From positions 352,001 to 416,000 of the forward strand of contig JBCCHT010000001.1 in the NCBI GenBank assembly GCA_039028615.1: DNA of 64,000 bases, in the 5' to 3' direction. The notes under the pieces are model-generated. The model saw only the letters and a program-made list of their open reading frames with translations, was not told the DNA's origin and ran no database searches. This document shows positions 1-8,225 of the stretch, piece after piece. Source of the DNA: Myxococcota bacterium (GTDB lineage: Bacteria; Myxococcota_A; Polyangia; Nannocystales; Nannocystaceae). Both the position numbers and the translations under genes were made by a program. Position 1 is the stretch's first letter. Each line of letters begins with the position of its first letter.

Positions 1-66
1 CCGTGCGGGGGGTGACCACAGCGCCTCGTTCGAGCGATTGTCGAAGCATCGCCCCGAGGGGGCGCG

Positions 67-1734
67 ATGTCGATGGCGGATGACGAGAGCACGGGGCACC
101 GACTCGACCACGACTCCCTGCGGAGCGAGCTCGAGCAGGAAGTCGTGGCGATGAGCCTGTACCTCACCGGGGGCGGAGAGTCGCTGCCTCCCGAGGTCCT
201 GCCCATCCTGCGAGCGCTGGACGACGGTGCGAAGGTCGTGCCCTTCTCGCACCTCGCCCCCGCCCACTCGGCCCTGGCCAACCTCGCTGCGCCCGCTTCT
301 CCTCGCGCCCTCGTCGTCCTCAATCGCCACGGGGCCTTCGAGGGTCGACGCACCTACCGGCTGCTGCCGCTGTCGCGGGCCATGATGGCGGTGGCCGTCA
401 TCTCGATGCTCGGCCTGGTGTTGGTCGGCACCTCTCCGCTCGTCGGGCCCGATCCGACCCTCGCCAACCCCACGCTGTCCTCGGGGCTGCCGCTGCTGGT
501 CAATCAAGTCTTCTTCATGTTCGCGTCGGCGCTCGGCGCCGCCTTCCACGGCCTGTTCAGCCTCAACCGACACATCACCGAGGCCACCTACGACCCTCGC
601 TACGACTCCAGCTACTGGACCCGGCTCGTCCTCGGCATCATCGCGGGCACCATCTTGTGTCTGGTGGTCAAGGTCCCCCCCGACAGCTCGCTGTACGGCG
701 TCGGGCGTCACATCATCGCGCTCCTCGGCGGGTTCTCGGCCGGCCTCGTCCATCGCGTCCTCAATCGTCTCGTCTCCACCGTCGAAGGGTTGTTCGAGTC
801 CGATCCAAAGAGCGCCCGACGAAAGAGCGAGGCCGTGGCCGGCATCGCGCAGCGAAACGCCCGCGACGAGCAACGGATCCAAGCCGCGTCGACGTTGCTG
901 GACCTCCAGTCGAAGATCAGCGACGGAACGAGCGCCTCCGAGTTACGGGCTGAGCTGGGCAGAGCCGCCAATGCTCTCCGAGCGGGGTTCCCCTCTCCGC
1001 GCCCCCACCATGACGAGGGGAGCTCCGCGGACTCGCGCTCGGGTGAGCCCGACGAAACAGAGCCGAGCGCCTCACCCTCGGCACCGACGGATGACTCGAG
1101 CGCCGAGAGTGCCGACGCGCCCGTTGCCCCCGCTCCCGCCGCGGCCTCCCCAGCGGCACCCGTCGAGCCCGATCCGCCGGCCGCTCCCGCTTCGACCGCA
1201 CAGACTCACGCTCCCGCACCAGCCGCCCCTGCCCCTGCTGCACCCGTCTCTCCGCCTGCTCCCACGGCGCCCGTCGTCGCTCCCGCTCCCGCTCCTGCGG
1301 CCCCTGCTCCCGCTCCTGCGGCCCCTGCTCCCGCTCCTGCGGCCCCTCCCGTCGCTGCGCACGTTCCTGCGCCTGCGCCTGCTCCTGCTCCACCTCCCGT
1401 CGCTGCCCCCGTTCCTGCGCCTGCTCCTGCTCCACCTCCCGTCGCTGCCCCCGTTCCCGCGCCTGCGCCTGCGCCTACTGCACCTCCCGTCGCTGCGCCC
1501 GTTCCTGCGCCTGCGCCTGCTGCACCTCCTGTCGCTGCCCCCGTTCCCGCGCCTGCGCCTGCGCCTGCTGCACCTCCCGTCGCTGCGCCCGTTCCTGCTC
1601 CACCTCCCGTCGCTGCGCCCGTTCCTGCTCCGGCTGCACCTGCTGTCGCCGCCCCCGTTCCCGCGCCAACCGTTCAACCTGCTCCCGCTCCCGCCCCGAC
1701 CGCGGCCCCTGCTCCCACTCCTCACCAAACCTGA
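67..1734 (+). CDS. Multi-pass membrane protein with long Pro/Ala-rich C-terminal tail
   Basis: About 4 hydrophobic segments (AMMAVAVISMLGLVLVG, FFMFASALGAAF, LVLGIIAGTILCLVV, IIALLGGFSAGLV), then ~200 aa of PAPAPPPVAAPV repeats. Confidence 0.75.
   Translation: MSMADDESTGHRLDHDSLRSELEQEVVAMSLYLTGGGESLPPEVLPILRALDDGAKVVPFSHLAPAHSALANLAAPASPRALVVLNRHGAFEGRRTYRLLPLSRAMMAVAVISMLGLVLVGTSPLVGPDPTLANPTLSSGLPLLVNQVFFMFASALGAAFHGLFSLNRHITEATYDPRYDSSYWTRLVLGIIAGTILCLVVKVPPDSSLYGVGRHIIALLGGFSAGLVHRVLNRLVSTVEGLFESDPKSARRKSEAVAGIAQRNARDEQRIQAASTLLDLQSKISDGTSASELRAELGRAANALRAGFPSPRPHHDEGSSADSRSGEPDETEPSASPSAPTDDSSAESADAPVAPAPAAASPAAPVEPDPPAAPASTAQTHAPAPAAPAPAAPVSPPAPTAPVVAPAPAPAAPAPAPAAPAPAPAAPPVAAHVPAPAPAPAPPPVAAPVPAPAPAPPPVAAPVPAPAPAPTAPPVAAPVPAPAPAAPPVAAPVPAPAPAPAAPPVAAPVPAPPPVAAPVPAPAAPAVAAPVPAPTVQPAPAPAPTAAPAPTPHQT
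1213..1722 (+). repeat. Coding tandem repeats (PAPA / PPVAAPV units)
   Basis: Recurring cctcccgtcgctgc(g/c)cccgttcctgc units. Confidence 0.85.
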
Positions 1735-1847
1735 ACCGTCGAGCGGTCTCGGGGCCCGAGACGTCGCGAGGCACGGCCTCGCGTCACAGCGGAACGAGAG
1801 CCCGAGTTGACGGCCCAACACCGCCACTGCGAACGTAGTAGGTGCCC

Positions 1848-2519
1848 ATGTCGATCCGTAGACAGCTCGAGAAGACGCTCCGCCAACACCTCGGGTTCGC
1901 GGAGGTCACGTGGCCGACGTTCGGCATGCAAGTCAAAGTAGGCGACGCCGCCCGCTCTGGACGCGACGGGTTCGAGTTCTCCGGCCTCGGGAACCTGCTC
2001 CAGCGCTACGACCTCGATCCCGAGCGCTACCAGCCCATGGAGGAGGCACCGAGCATCGACATCGAGTTCAGCCATCAGGTGAGTCGAAGCTCGAGCCTCG
2101 CGGCCCAGTACCGCGCCGGCCAGACCGACGTGAAGGTCGACCTGCACTTCGAAACCGACACCGCGTTCTATCTGTTCGTGCCCAAGGCTCGCATTCGAAG
2201 CCTGCGAGACGTCGACTCGCTGGCATCCGACCTCCACCGGGCCTCTCAATCGCAGGGGAACCGAGTCCGCCTTCGTGAGCGCATCGTCTACAAGACCATC
2301 GAAGCAGAAGGACCCGGAACTCTGCTGATGTCGCAAGGCCGCAACACTCGAGCGCAGCTGGGCGCCGACCTCGGGAAGAAAGGCGGCGTGCTCCAGCTCA
2401 GCGGAGCCTCGGGCAACGTCACGCAGCTCAACGTCGAGGGGCCCTCATCGGTCTTCGCCTTCGGCGTCTTCCGACTCGCCGTCGGCCGGCGACACTACGT
2501 CCTCGACCCCGTCGACTGA
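1848..2519 (+). CDS. Putative bacterial gasdermin-like pore-forming protein
   Basis: Motif order resembles bacterial gasdermins by eye: LGFxxVxWP, LGNLL, VKVDLHF, IVYKTIEA, EGPSSVFAFGVFRL. ATG 1848, alternative GTG 1842. Confidence 0.55.
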   Translation: MSIRRQLEKTLRQHLGFAEVTWPTFGMQVKVGDAARSGRDGFEFSGLGNLLQRYDLDPERYQPMEEAPSIDIEFSHQVSRSSSLAAQYRAGQTDVKVDLHFETDTAFYLFVPKARIRSLRDVDSLASDLHRASQSQGNRVRLRERIVYKTIEAEGPGTLLMSQGRNTRAQLGADLGKKGGVLQLSGASGNVTQLNVEGPSSVFAFGVFRLAVGRRHYVLDPVD

Positions 2520-3899
2520 CGGGGGCCGCGGGTCGACGGTCCGCCCGGGCATCGAGCTGAACGCCACCTGGTCCGCCTCGTCGTCGATGAGATAAGCGTA
2601 GGGCGTCGCGTCGATGTCGGCATAGACCGCCCGCAACCGCTCGCTCTGCTCCACCGTCGGCATGGCTTCGATCCGCTGCCGCCCGGTGCCGAAGTCGAAC
2701 ACGTAGCGATAGCGCTGGTAGTAGGCTCGCCGGGGCGTTCGCATCTCCACCGACCGCAGGCTCTCGCGCATGCACTCGTCGGTCGCGGCATCGCCGATGG
2801 TGTCCTCGGTGACCGAGACGTCGTCGAACACCATCGCGACATCGGGTTCCCCGACCAGCGTCCCTTCGAGCACCAGGCGTCCCTCGTCGCGCCCGCCCAG
2901 CGAGACGAGGCAATCGTTGAACACCTCCAGCTCTTCGGCGATCTGTCGGTTGGTGTCGACAATGAGCTCGAGCATGGCCGCCGCATCGGGATTACTCGGT
3001 ATGGGCAGCCCATAGCGAGCGAGCATCGCCCCGGGCTCGGGCTCGGGCTCGGACGACGCGGCCTTCGACTGGACGGCACGAGCCTCGACCCCACGCGCTC
3101 CCGAGACCTTCGCGGACGGAGGAGCAGCAGCCGAAGCGTCGACAGGATGGGGTGTTCCGGCCGTAGGCGGCGGAGTGGCGGCGCCATCCTCAGGCCCCGC
3201 AGCCGTGGTCGTGGCCGCGGACGACTCGTCCGCCGAGGAGTAGGTCCAGGCGATGGTGGTCGCAACGATGGCAGCGGCAGCGAGGCCGAGCTTGGCAGAG
3301 TTCATGGTGATGCTCGCAGTCTTCAGCGGAGAGGGCAGCCACCCCAGGGGCAGCCATGCGGACAAGCGTTCGAAGAGCGGCTCGGCCTCCACACCGAGCT
3401 CGCGACGAAGCCGAGCGACCGCGCGCGACAGCCGAGTCCGAGCCGTCGAGGGTCGCAGCCCCAGCTCGGCGGCCAGCTCCGGCGCGCTGCGTTCCTCGTA
3501 GTAGCGCCCCACCACCAGTCGCCGATCGGTCGGATCGAGGGCCCTCAGGGCCGCGGCCAGGCGCTGCAGCTGCTGCTCGAGCTGGGCGCGGGCCTCTGGA
3601 GTCGACACCGAACCCGACTCGGCCACTGCCTGCTCCCGTCGTCGCCGACGCTCTCGGCTGCGCCACCGAGAGACGGCCCGGTTGCGCATCACCCCTGCGA
3701 TCCACGAGCGGGGTGCACGAGCGTCGTCACCCGCCCGCCACGCGGCAATGCGTGCCTCCTGCACCAGATCATCGACATCGAACGCCCCGGGGGCGATCTG
3801 GTGCGCCATGCGGCGCAGGTCGCTCGTAGAAACCTCGGACTGCATCTGCGGCTTCGTCACCTCCTGGTCGTCACCACCGAGCCGAGTGTCCCACGCCAT
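2445..3899 (-). CDS. ECF sigma factor fused to a TM helix and extracytoplasmic domain
   Basis: Region 2 (DDLVQEARIAAW, SWIAGVMRN), region 4 (ELAAELGLRPSTARTRLSRA), TM LGLAAAAIVATTIAW; start uncertain. Confidence 0.8.
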   Translation of the reverse strand: MAWDTRLGGDDQEVTKPQMQSEVSTSDLRRMAHQIAPGAFDVDDLVQEARIAAWRAGDDARAPRSWIAGVMRNRAVSRWRSRERRRRREQAVAESGSVSTPEARAQLEQQLQRLAAALRALDPTDRRLVVGRYYEERSAPELAAELGLRPSTARTRLSRAVARLRRELGVEAEPLFERLSAWLPLGWLPSPLKTASITMNSAKLGLAAAAIVATTIAWTYSSADESSAATTTAAGPEDGAATPPPTAGTPHPVDASAAAPPSAKVSGARGVEARAVQSKAASSEPEPEPGAMLARYGLPIPSNPDAAAMLELIVDTNRQIAEELEVFNDCLVSLGGRDEGRLVLEGTLVGEPDVAMVFDDVSVTEDTIGDAATDECMRESLRSVEMRTPRRAYYQRYRYVFDFGTGRQRIEAMPTVEQSERLRAVYADIDATPYAYLIDDEADQVAFSSMPGRTVDPRPPSVDGVEDVVSPADGESEDAEGEDR

Positions 3900-3971
3900 C
3901 GAAAAAAAGATCGACAAGCGCCACCCCGGAAGTCCGGGATGGCGCCCATGACGCGCTCTTCGCGTCCAGGC

Positions 3972-5417
3972 TCAGCCCACGCTGGCCGATGCGCCCTCTA
4001 CCGCGCCCGCGTCCATCGGGCTGCACTCGCTCGGTGCATGGCAACACCGAGGCGACGCGGGGACCACGATGCCGCGCTCGCACATCGACGTGAAGTCGTT
4101 GCGCACCGCCTGCGCCAAAAAGTGCGACGAATCCCCGAACGGCACGAAGGACTCCGGCACCTCGATCGTCGTCGTGGACAGGATCCAGTTGTGAGGCTGC
4201 TTGGCCCACCGCTCCGGGGCCCCCGTGGGGTACATCGATGCGACGGGCCGTCCCGCTTGCTCGAACAGATCGAGCCACGCCTTCTGCCCCTCGCTGCCCA
4301 GCGTGATGATGGTGTTGGCGAGCACCAGCTCTGCGGACTGGACCACGCGAGCGAGGAAGCCCGGCTCGCTGAGCAGCGGCGGAGGCTCGGGCACGCCGGT
4401 GAAGACGTCGAGGAGCACGAAGTCGTAGTGCTGCCCTCCCGACTCGAACACGTCGCGTGCGTCCGCCTGCACGATCTCCAGCCGCCCTTGCCGACGCAGT
4501 CGAGCCAGCCGCGGAAAGTACTTCTGCGCCATGTCGATGAGTGCGCCGTCGATCTCGACCACACGCAGGGTCATCTCGGGGAAGTTGCTCAACAACGAGA
4601 TCGCTCCCGCGCCGCTGCCCAAGCCGAGCATCAAGCCGTGCCCCTTCGGGTGACGACACCCCGCGAGCAACCACCCGGTCGTGAAGGGGCTGTAGGCGAA
4701 GGGGCCCGGCTGGGGCTGGTCGTCGTCGGAGCTCAGGTACATCGCCCCCTGGCACTGCTTGCCGATGAACAGGGCCCGCATGTCCTCGTCCTCGAGCACC
4801 CGCAGCACGTCGAAGGTCCCTTCCGCCTTGCACAGCTCGCGCGCCACCGATCCCGGCGGCGCATTGTCTCCCCCCGACTGACGCAGGCGCGCCATGCAAA
4901 AGCGCGCCTCCTCGTGCCGACCGAACTTGCGCAGCAGCAGCCCTCGGTTGAGCCACGCGTTGGCCAGCTGAGGATGCACCGCCAGCGCGCGCTCGTAGTG
5001 CTCCAGGGCCTCGCTCGCGTCCCCCATGCGCTGACGGGCATAGCCGGCATTGAAGTGGCACTCCGGGCGATCGGGATAGCTCCTCGCGAGCGCTTCGGCC
5101 GAGATCACCGCTTCCGCGTCGTCGCCCCGGTGCAGCAGGCACAGCGTGTGCGAGAGCCCCTGCTCGAGCTCGGGCGGCGGCAGCAGGGTCTCGACCTCAC
5201 TGAGCGCCTGTACGGCCGGCATGCACTCGTGGTCCGCCTCGCGCAGCAGATCGTTGAGCACCACGAAGATCGGCATCGACAGGCCACACGAGCACGTGTG
5301 AGCGACCGTCGAGTACACCAAGGGCCCCAGCTCGTGACCGACCGGTCCCTCCTTCCAGCGACTCGCGAATCCGTCATCGATCCGCCCGCACGCCGGACAG
5401 GTATGATGCACCAGCAT
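3972..5417 (-). CDS. Zn-ribbon + TPR + spermidine-synthase-like SAM methyltransferase fusion
   Basis: CPACG..CSCG; TPR (EALEHYERALAVHPQLANAWLNRG); LMLGLGSGAG, VVEID, DA, YDFVLLDVF; ORF is open to 5543. Confidence 0.75.
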   Translation of the reverse strand: MLVHHTCPACGRIDDGFASRWKEGPVGHELGPLVYSTVAHTCSCGLSMPIFVVLNDLLREADHECMPAVQALSEVETLLPPPELEQGLSHTLCLLHRGDDAEAVISAEALARSYPDRPECHFNAGYARQRMGDASEALEHYERALAVHPQLANAWLNRGLLLRKFGRHEEARFCMARLRQSGGDNAPPGSVARELCKAEGTFDVLRVLEDEDMRALFIGKQCQGAMYLSSDDDQPQPGPFAYSPFTTGWLLAGCRHPKGHGLMLGLGSGAGAISLLSNFPEMTLRVVEIDGALIDMAQKYFPRLARLRRQGRLEIVQADARDVFESGGQHYDFVLLDVFTGVPEPPPLLSEPGFLARVVQSAELVLANTIITLGSEGQKAWLDLFEQAGRPVASMYPTGAPERWAKQPHNWILSTTTIEVPESFVPFGDSSHFLAQAVRNDFTSMCERGIVVPASPRCCHAPSECSPMDAGAVEGASASVG

Positions 5418-5555
5418 CTCCGCCAGCTGCTGCGAAGACGACGGCTGATAGGCCCCACGTAGGGAATAGCCCTGATCGATGGGGCGCGACTCGAGGATGG
5501 AATCGGACCACTTCACGTTGGATCGACGCGCAACGGCCCTCATCGTGAAGGTTCT

Positions 5556-5579
5556 TCACAGCACCCGTGCCGGGTCGTC
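5556..5579 (+). promoter_or_regulatory. Putative ECF promoter TCACA-N15-CGTC upstream of the LuxR gene
   Basis: tcaca gcacccgtgccgggt cgtc, 14 nt before ATG 5594. Confidence 0.6.
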
Positions 5580-5593
5580 CCTTGGAATGCACG

Positions 5594-5932
5594 ATGCCCA
5601 ACGACGGCGAAGACGTCTGCGTCCTTCCGCAGACCGAGATGATGCATCCCGACGAGTCGGATCTCCCGCGGAGGTTCGTATCGAGCGACGAGTTCTTCGG
5701 CTGGCTGCGCGACCATCTCGTGGAGGAAGGTCGCCTCACCGAGGCCGAGGAGGAGACCTGCGAGCTGCTGCTCCTGGGCCGCAACTACCTCGAGATCGCC
5801 GCCGCACGCCGCGTCTCCATCGAGACCATCAAGTGGCACGTCAAACGAATCCTGCGCAAGCTCGGCGTGGGCTCCACCCGAGAGCTTCTGTGGGTGGTCG
5901 GCTACCGAATCGACCGCAAGAGCCTGTCGTAG
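5594..5932 (+). CDS. LuxR-family HTH transcriptional regulator (no sensor domain)
   Basis: LTEAEEETCELLLLGRNYLEIAAARRVSIETIKWHVKRILRKLGV. Confidence 0.85.
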   Translation: MPNDGEDVCVLPQTEMMHPDESDLPRRFVSSDEFFGWLRDHLVEEGRLTEAEEETCELLLLGRNYLEIAAARRVSIETIKWHVKRILRKLGVGSTRELLWVVGYRIDRKSLS

Positions 5933-6074
5933 GGCCGGCGACGGAGAACTCGAGGCACGACGACGCCGCGGGAGCAAAGCGCTCGACCGCGGCGTCGATG
6001 ATGGATCCACGAAAACGCCGGCCAACGGGAGGCGCGACGTTCCACGGATGGAAGCGAGGCCTGGCGATGGCCAG

Positions 6075-6587
6075 CTACTCTTGCGGGGCTGGTGCTGGCG
6101 CGGGTGCAGGAGCCGGCGCGGGTGCAGGTGCTGGCGCGGGTGCAGGGGCTGGCGCCGGTGCAGGGGCTGGCGCGGGTGCAGGAGCTGGCGCGGGTGCAGG
6201 AGCTGGCGCGGGTGCAGGAGCCGGCGCGGGTGCAGGGGCGGGCGCGGGTGCGGGTGCGGGTGCGGGCTCCGGCTCGACCGGCGAGAGGGTCAAGATGCCC
6301 TCGACCTGGATCTTCGTGCAGCAACAGCACTGCGGATTGACGTAGAGTTCCGCCATCGCCACCCGATCGGTGGCCGTGGTGGTGGAGTAGTAGATCGCCT
6401 GCGCAAGGCTGAAGATGCCGTCTTCCACCGCCAGCGAGTCGTCTTCGTCGCTGTTGCGCGACCGCGGGTACACCACTTCGGCGGTCGTGCCATCGTCGTT
6501 GACGACGTTGAACTGGAGGCGGTTGTAGCGTCGGGCGCTCGCGATCAGGCCGGTGATCTGGATCTTCTTCGTGACCATGTCGTGCAT
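6075..6587 (-). CDS. Hypothetical protein with CCCC motif and (PA)30 tail
   Basis: ~105-aa globular N-terminus with QCCCCT, then a pure Pro-Ala dipeptide tail; gagg before the start. Confidence 0.75.
   Translation of the reverse strand: MHDMVTKKIQITGLIASARRYNRLQFNVVNDDGTTAEVVYPRSRNSDEDDSLAVEDGIFSLAQAIYYSTTTATDRVAMAELYVNPQCCCCTKIQVEGILTLSPVEPEPAPAPAPAPAPAPAPAPAPAPAPAPAPAPAPAPAPAPAPAPAPAPAPAPAPAPAPAPAPAPQE
6084..6268 (-). repeat. Coding hexamer/18-mer repeat for (PA)n
   Basis: ggagctggcgcgggtgca-type units. Confidence 0.9.
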
Positions 6588-6656
6588 CCTCGCGAGGGCT
6601 CCGCGACCCTACCGTGGGTCCTGCGGGCGCCTCGTGCTCGTCCACCATCGTACTTG

Positions 6657-6733
6657 GATGCGCACGATCAGCAGCCCCCCCTTTACGGGGGCTCGTGCGC
6701 ATCTTCGCTGGGCCCCCCTTGTGAGGGGTGGCC
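6657..6733. promoter_or_regulatory. Nested inverted repeats; possible regulator boxes or hairpin
   Basis: gatgcgcacga...tcgtgcgcatc encloses ccccccctttacggggg; a second box ccccccttgtgagggg follows. Confidence 0.4.
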
Positions 6734-6757
6734 CCCTGACTCGTCGTCGCTACGATT

Positions 6758-7294
6758 TCATTCGGCGTCGGTATCGTCGGCAGCCGGTTTCGGCTGCATG
6801 CCGGGGAACTGCAGCGCGGGATAGCCGTTCAGGATGTGATCGGCCGCCCGGGTGATCATGCGGCGAGCCGGCCGATACCCGAACTCGGGATCGATCATGT
6901 CCTCAATGTACTCGTCGACCGCCGATGGTTCCGGCAACTTCGGTGCGCTCATCGTCCGCAGCGGCCCCAACGCGGTCAACAGGACCATCAGGTCCGCGCT
7001 CGACTCCAGCGAGAGCTCGGCGAGCTGTTTCTCGCGCGTTGCCACCTTCTCGAGCAGCGCGGTGAGTTCCGCCGCCAACCGCCGTAGCTCCTCGAGCTCG
7101 GCGATTTCGGCCGCGGTCACCCCCCCTGGCTCCACGGCCTCGGCGACCGTTCGGGCCGCCTCTGCGACCCGACTCCCCCCCGTCGTGCCGTCATCGGCCG
7201 TGGTGCCTTCGTCCGTGGCACTCGTATCGGCCTCGGCCGTCGAGTCGGTCGAATCCGTTTGCGGGGAACGGGATCTGTTGCGGGGTCGGGCCAC
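6758..7294 (-). CDS. Hypothetical coiled-coil protein
   Basis: Acidic N-terminus, helical EIAELEELRRLAAELTALLEK; GTG 7294 directly follows a promoter motif. Confidence 0.6.
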   Translation of the reverse strand: MARPRNRSRSPQTDSTDSTAEADTSATDEGTTADDGTTGGSRVAEAARTVAEAVEPGGVTAAEIAELEELRRLAAELTALLEKVATREKQLAELSLESSADLMVLLTALGPLRTMSAPKLPEPSAVDEYIEDMIDPEFGYRPARRMITRAADHILNGYPALQFPGMQPKPAADDTDAE

Positions 7295-7302
7295 AAAACC
7301 CT

Positions 7303-7326
7303 GACGACGGTCTCCGCGGTTTGTGA
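7303..7326 (-). promoter_or_regulatory. Putative ECF promoter TCACA-N15-CGTC
   Basis: Minus strand tcaca aaccgcggagaccgt cgtc, 8 nt before GTG 7294. Confidence 0.6.
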
Positions 7327-7336
7327 AGGAGTTGTG

Positions 7337-7753
7337 ATGGCTGATTTCGATTTCACCAAGATCCCCGAGATCGTCGCCGAGCGCCTGAACACCGTGGCGG
7401 CCGATTGTCAGCAGCGCGGGCAGGACATGTTCGAGAAGGCCCTCGCCGACCAGCGCACGCTGCTCGGTGAACTCGCCACCCCCGCACAACCGCTCATGAC
7501 CGCCACCGGGACGTTCGTGACCCGGTTGGCGAATCCGCCACCCAAGCCCAAGCCCAAGCCCGGTCAGGGCGGTGACGAACCCGGGCCCGAGCCTGCGCCA
7601 GCGCCCGCGCCCGCCCCAGCTCCCGCGCCAGCTCCCGCGCCCGAACCCGAGCCGGCACCTGCGCCCGCCCCAGCGCCCGAACCCGAGCCGGCACCTGCGC
7701 CCGCGCCCGCCCCAGCTCCCGAACCTGCGCCCGCGCCCGCGCCCGAAGGCTGA
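7337..7753 (+). CDS. Small helical protein with PAPEPE/PA tail
   Basis: aaggag RBS then ATG 7337 (MADFDFTKIPEIVAERL...). Confidence 0.75.
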   Translation: MADFDFTKIPEIVAERLNTVAADCQQRGQDMFEKALADQRTLLGELATPAQPLMTATGTFVTRLANPPPKPKPKPGQGGDEPGPEPAPAPAPAPAPAPAPAPEPEPAPAPAPAPEPEPAPAPAPAPAPEPAPAPAPEG

Positions 7754-7764
7754 ACGAGTCCGGC

Positions 7765-7944
7765 ATGGCCAGCTGGAAACTCGTCGATGTTCCCGACTCC
7801 GCCTCCGAGTACGTGGGCGAGATCCTCGAAGACTCGGGCAAGGTCGCCAAGTCGAATCTCACCAAGGAAGCGTCTCGGATCAATGAAGTCGCGGACACCG
7901 CCAAGGCGGTGATCATCATCCAGATCCTCGAGGCGGCGGGATGA
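7765..7944 (+). CDS. 59-aa hypothetical protein (absent from ORF track)
   Basis: MASWKLVDVPDSASEYVGEILEDSGKVAKSNLTKEASRINEVADTAKAVIIIQILEAAG; high GC3; TGA overlaps next ATG (ATGA). Confidence 0.7.
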   Translation: MASWKLVDVPDSASEYVGEILEDSGKVAKSNLTKEASRINEVADTAKAVIIIQILEAAG

Positions 7945-8198
7945 GTGCCAAGACCACCGTCTCGCAATACGTGGTGACGCCCGCCAACGTGCAGGCGAAC
8001 ATCGACGCCGCGCTGTACGTCGCCAACCAGACCGAGATTCTGACGACGGCGTCCACGGTTGCCGCGGCCCTGCTCGCCGCCGGGGAACCTCAGGGTGCTC
8101 CGGTCCTGGCGATCGTGCCGGTGATCCAGAGCCAGGTGGCCGAGTTTCCGGCCGAGCTCGCGGCAGCAACGGCGATCGCCCAGGCTCCCTTCGCCTGA
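7941..8198 (+). CDS. 85-aa Ala/Thr/Gln-rich hypothetical protein
   Basis: Translationally coupled by ATGA overlap; gaggcgg RBS. Confidence 0.7.
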   Translation: MSAKTTVSQYVVTPANVQANIDAALYVANQTEILTTASTVAAALLAAGEPQGAPVLAIVPVIQSQVAEFPAELAAATAIAQAPFA

Positions 8199-8225
8199 GG
8201 CGAGGGGCGGCGATTTCGGCCGCGG

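Noticed and set aside
1784..1807. TCACA upstream of the gasdermin-like gene (also at 21006 and 6720) as further promoter copies
   Set aside because: No CGTC at the N15 position
5479..6345. ORF encoding a (GA)n silk-like repeat
   Set aside because: Antisense shadow of the (PA)30 gene; it also overlaps LuxR out of frame
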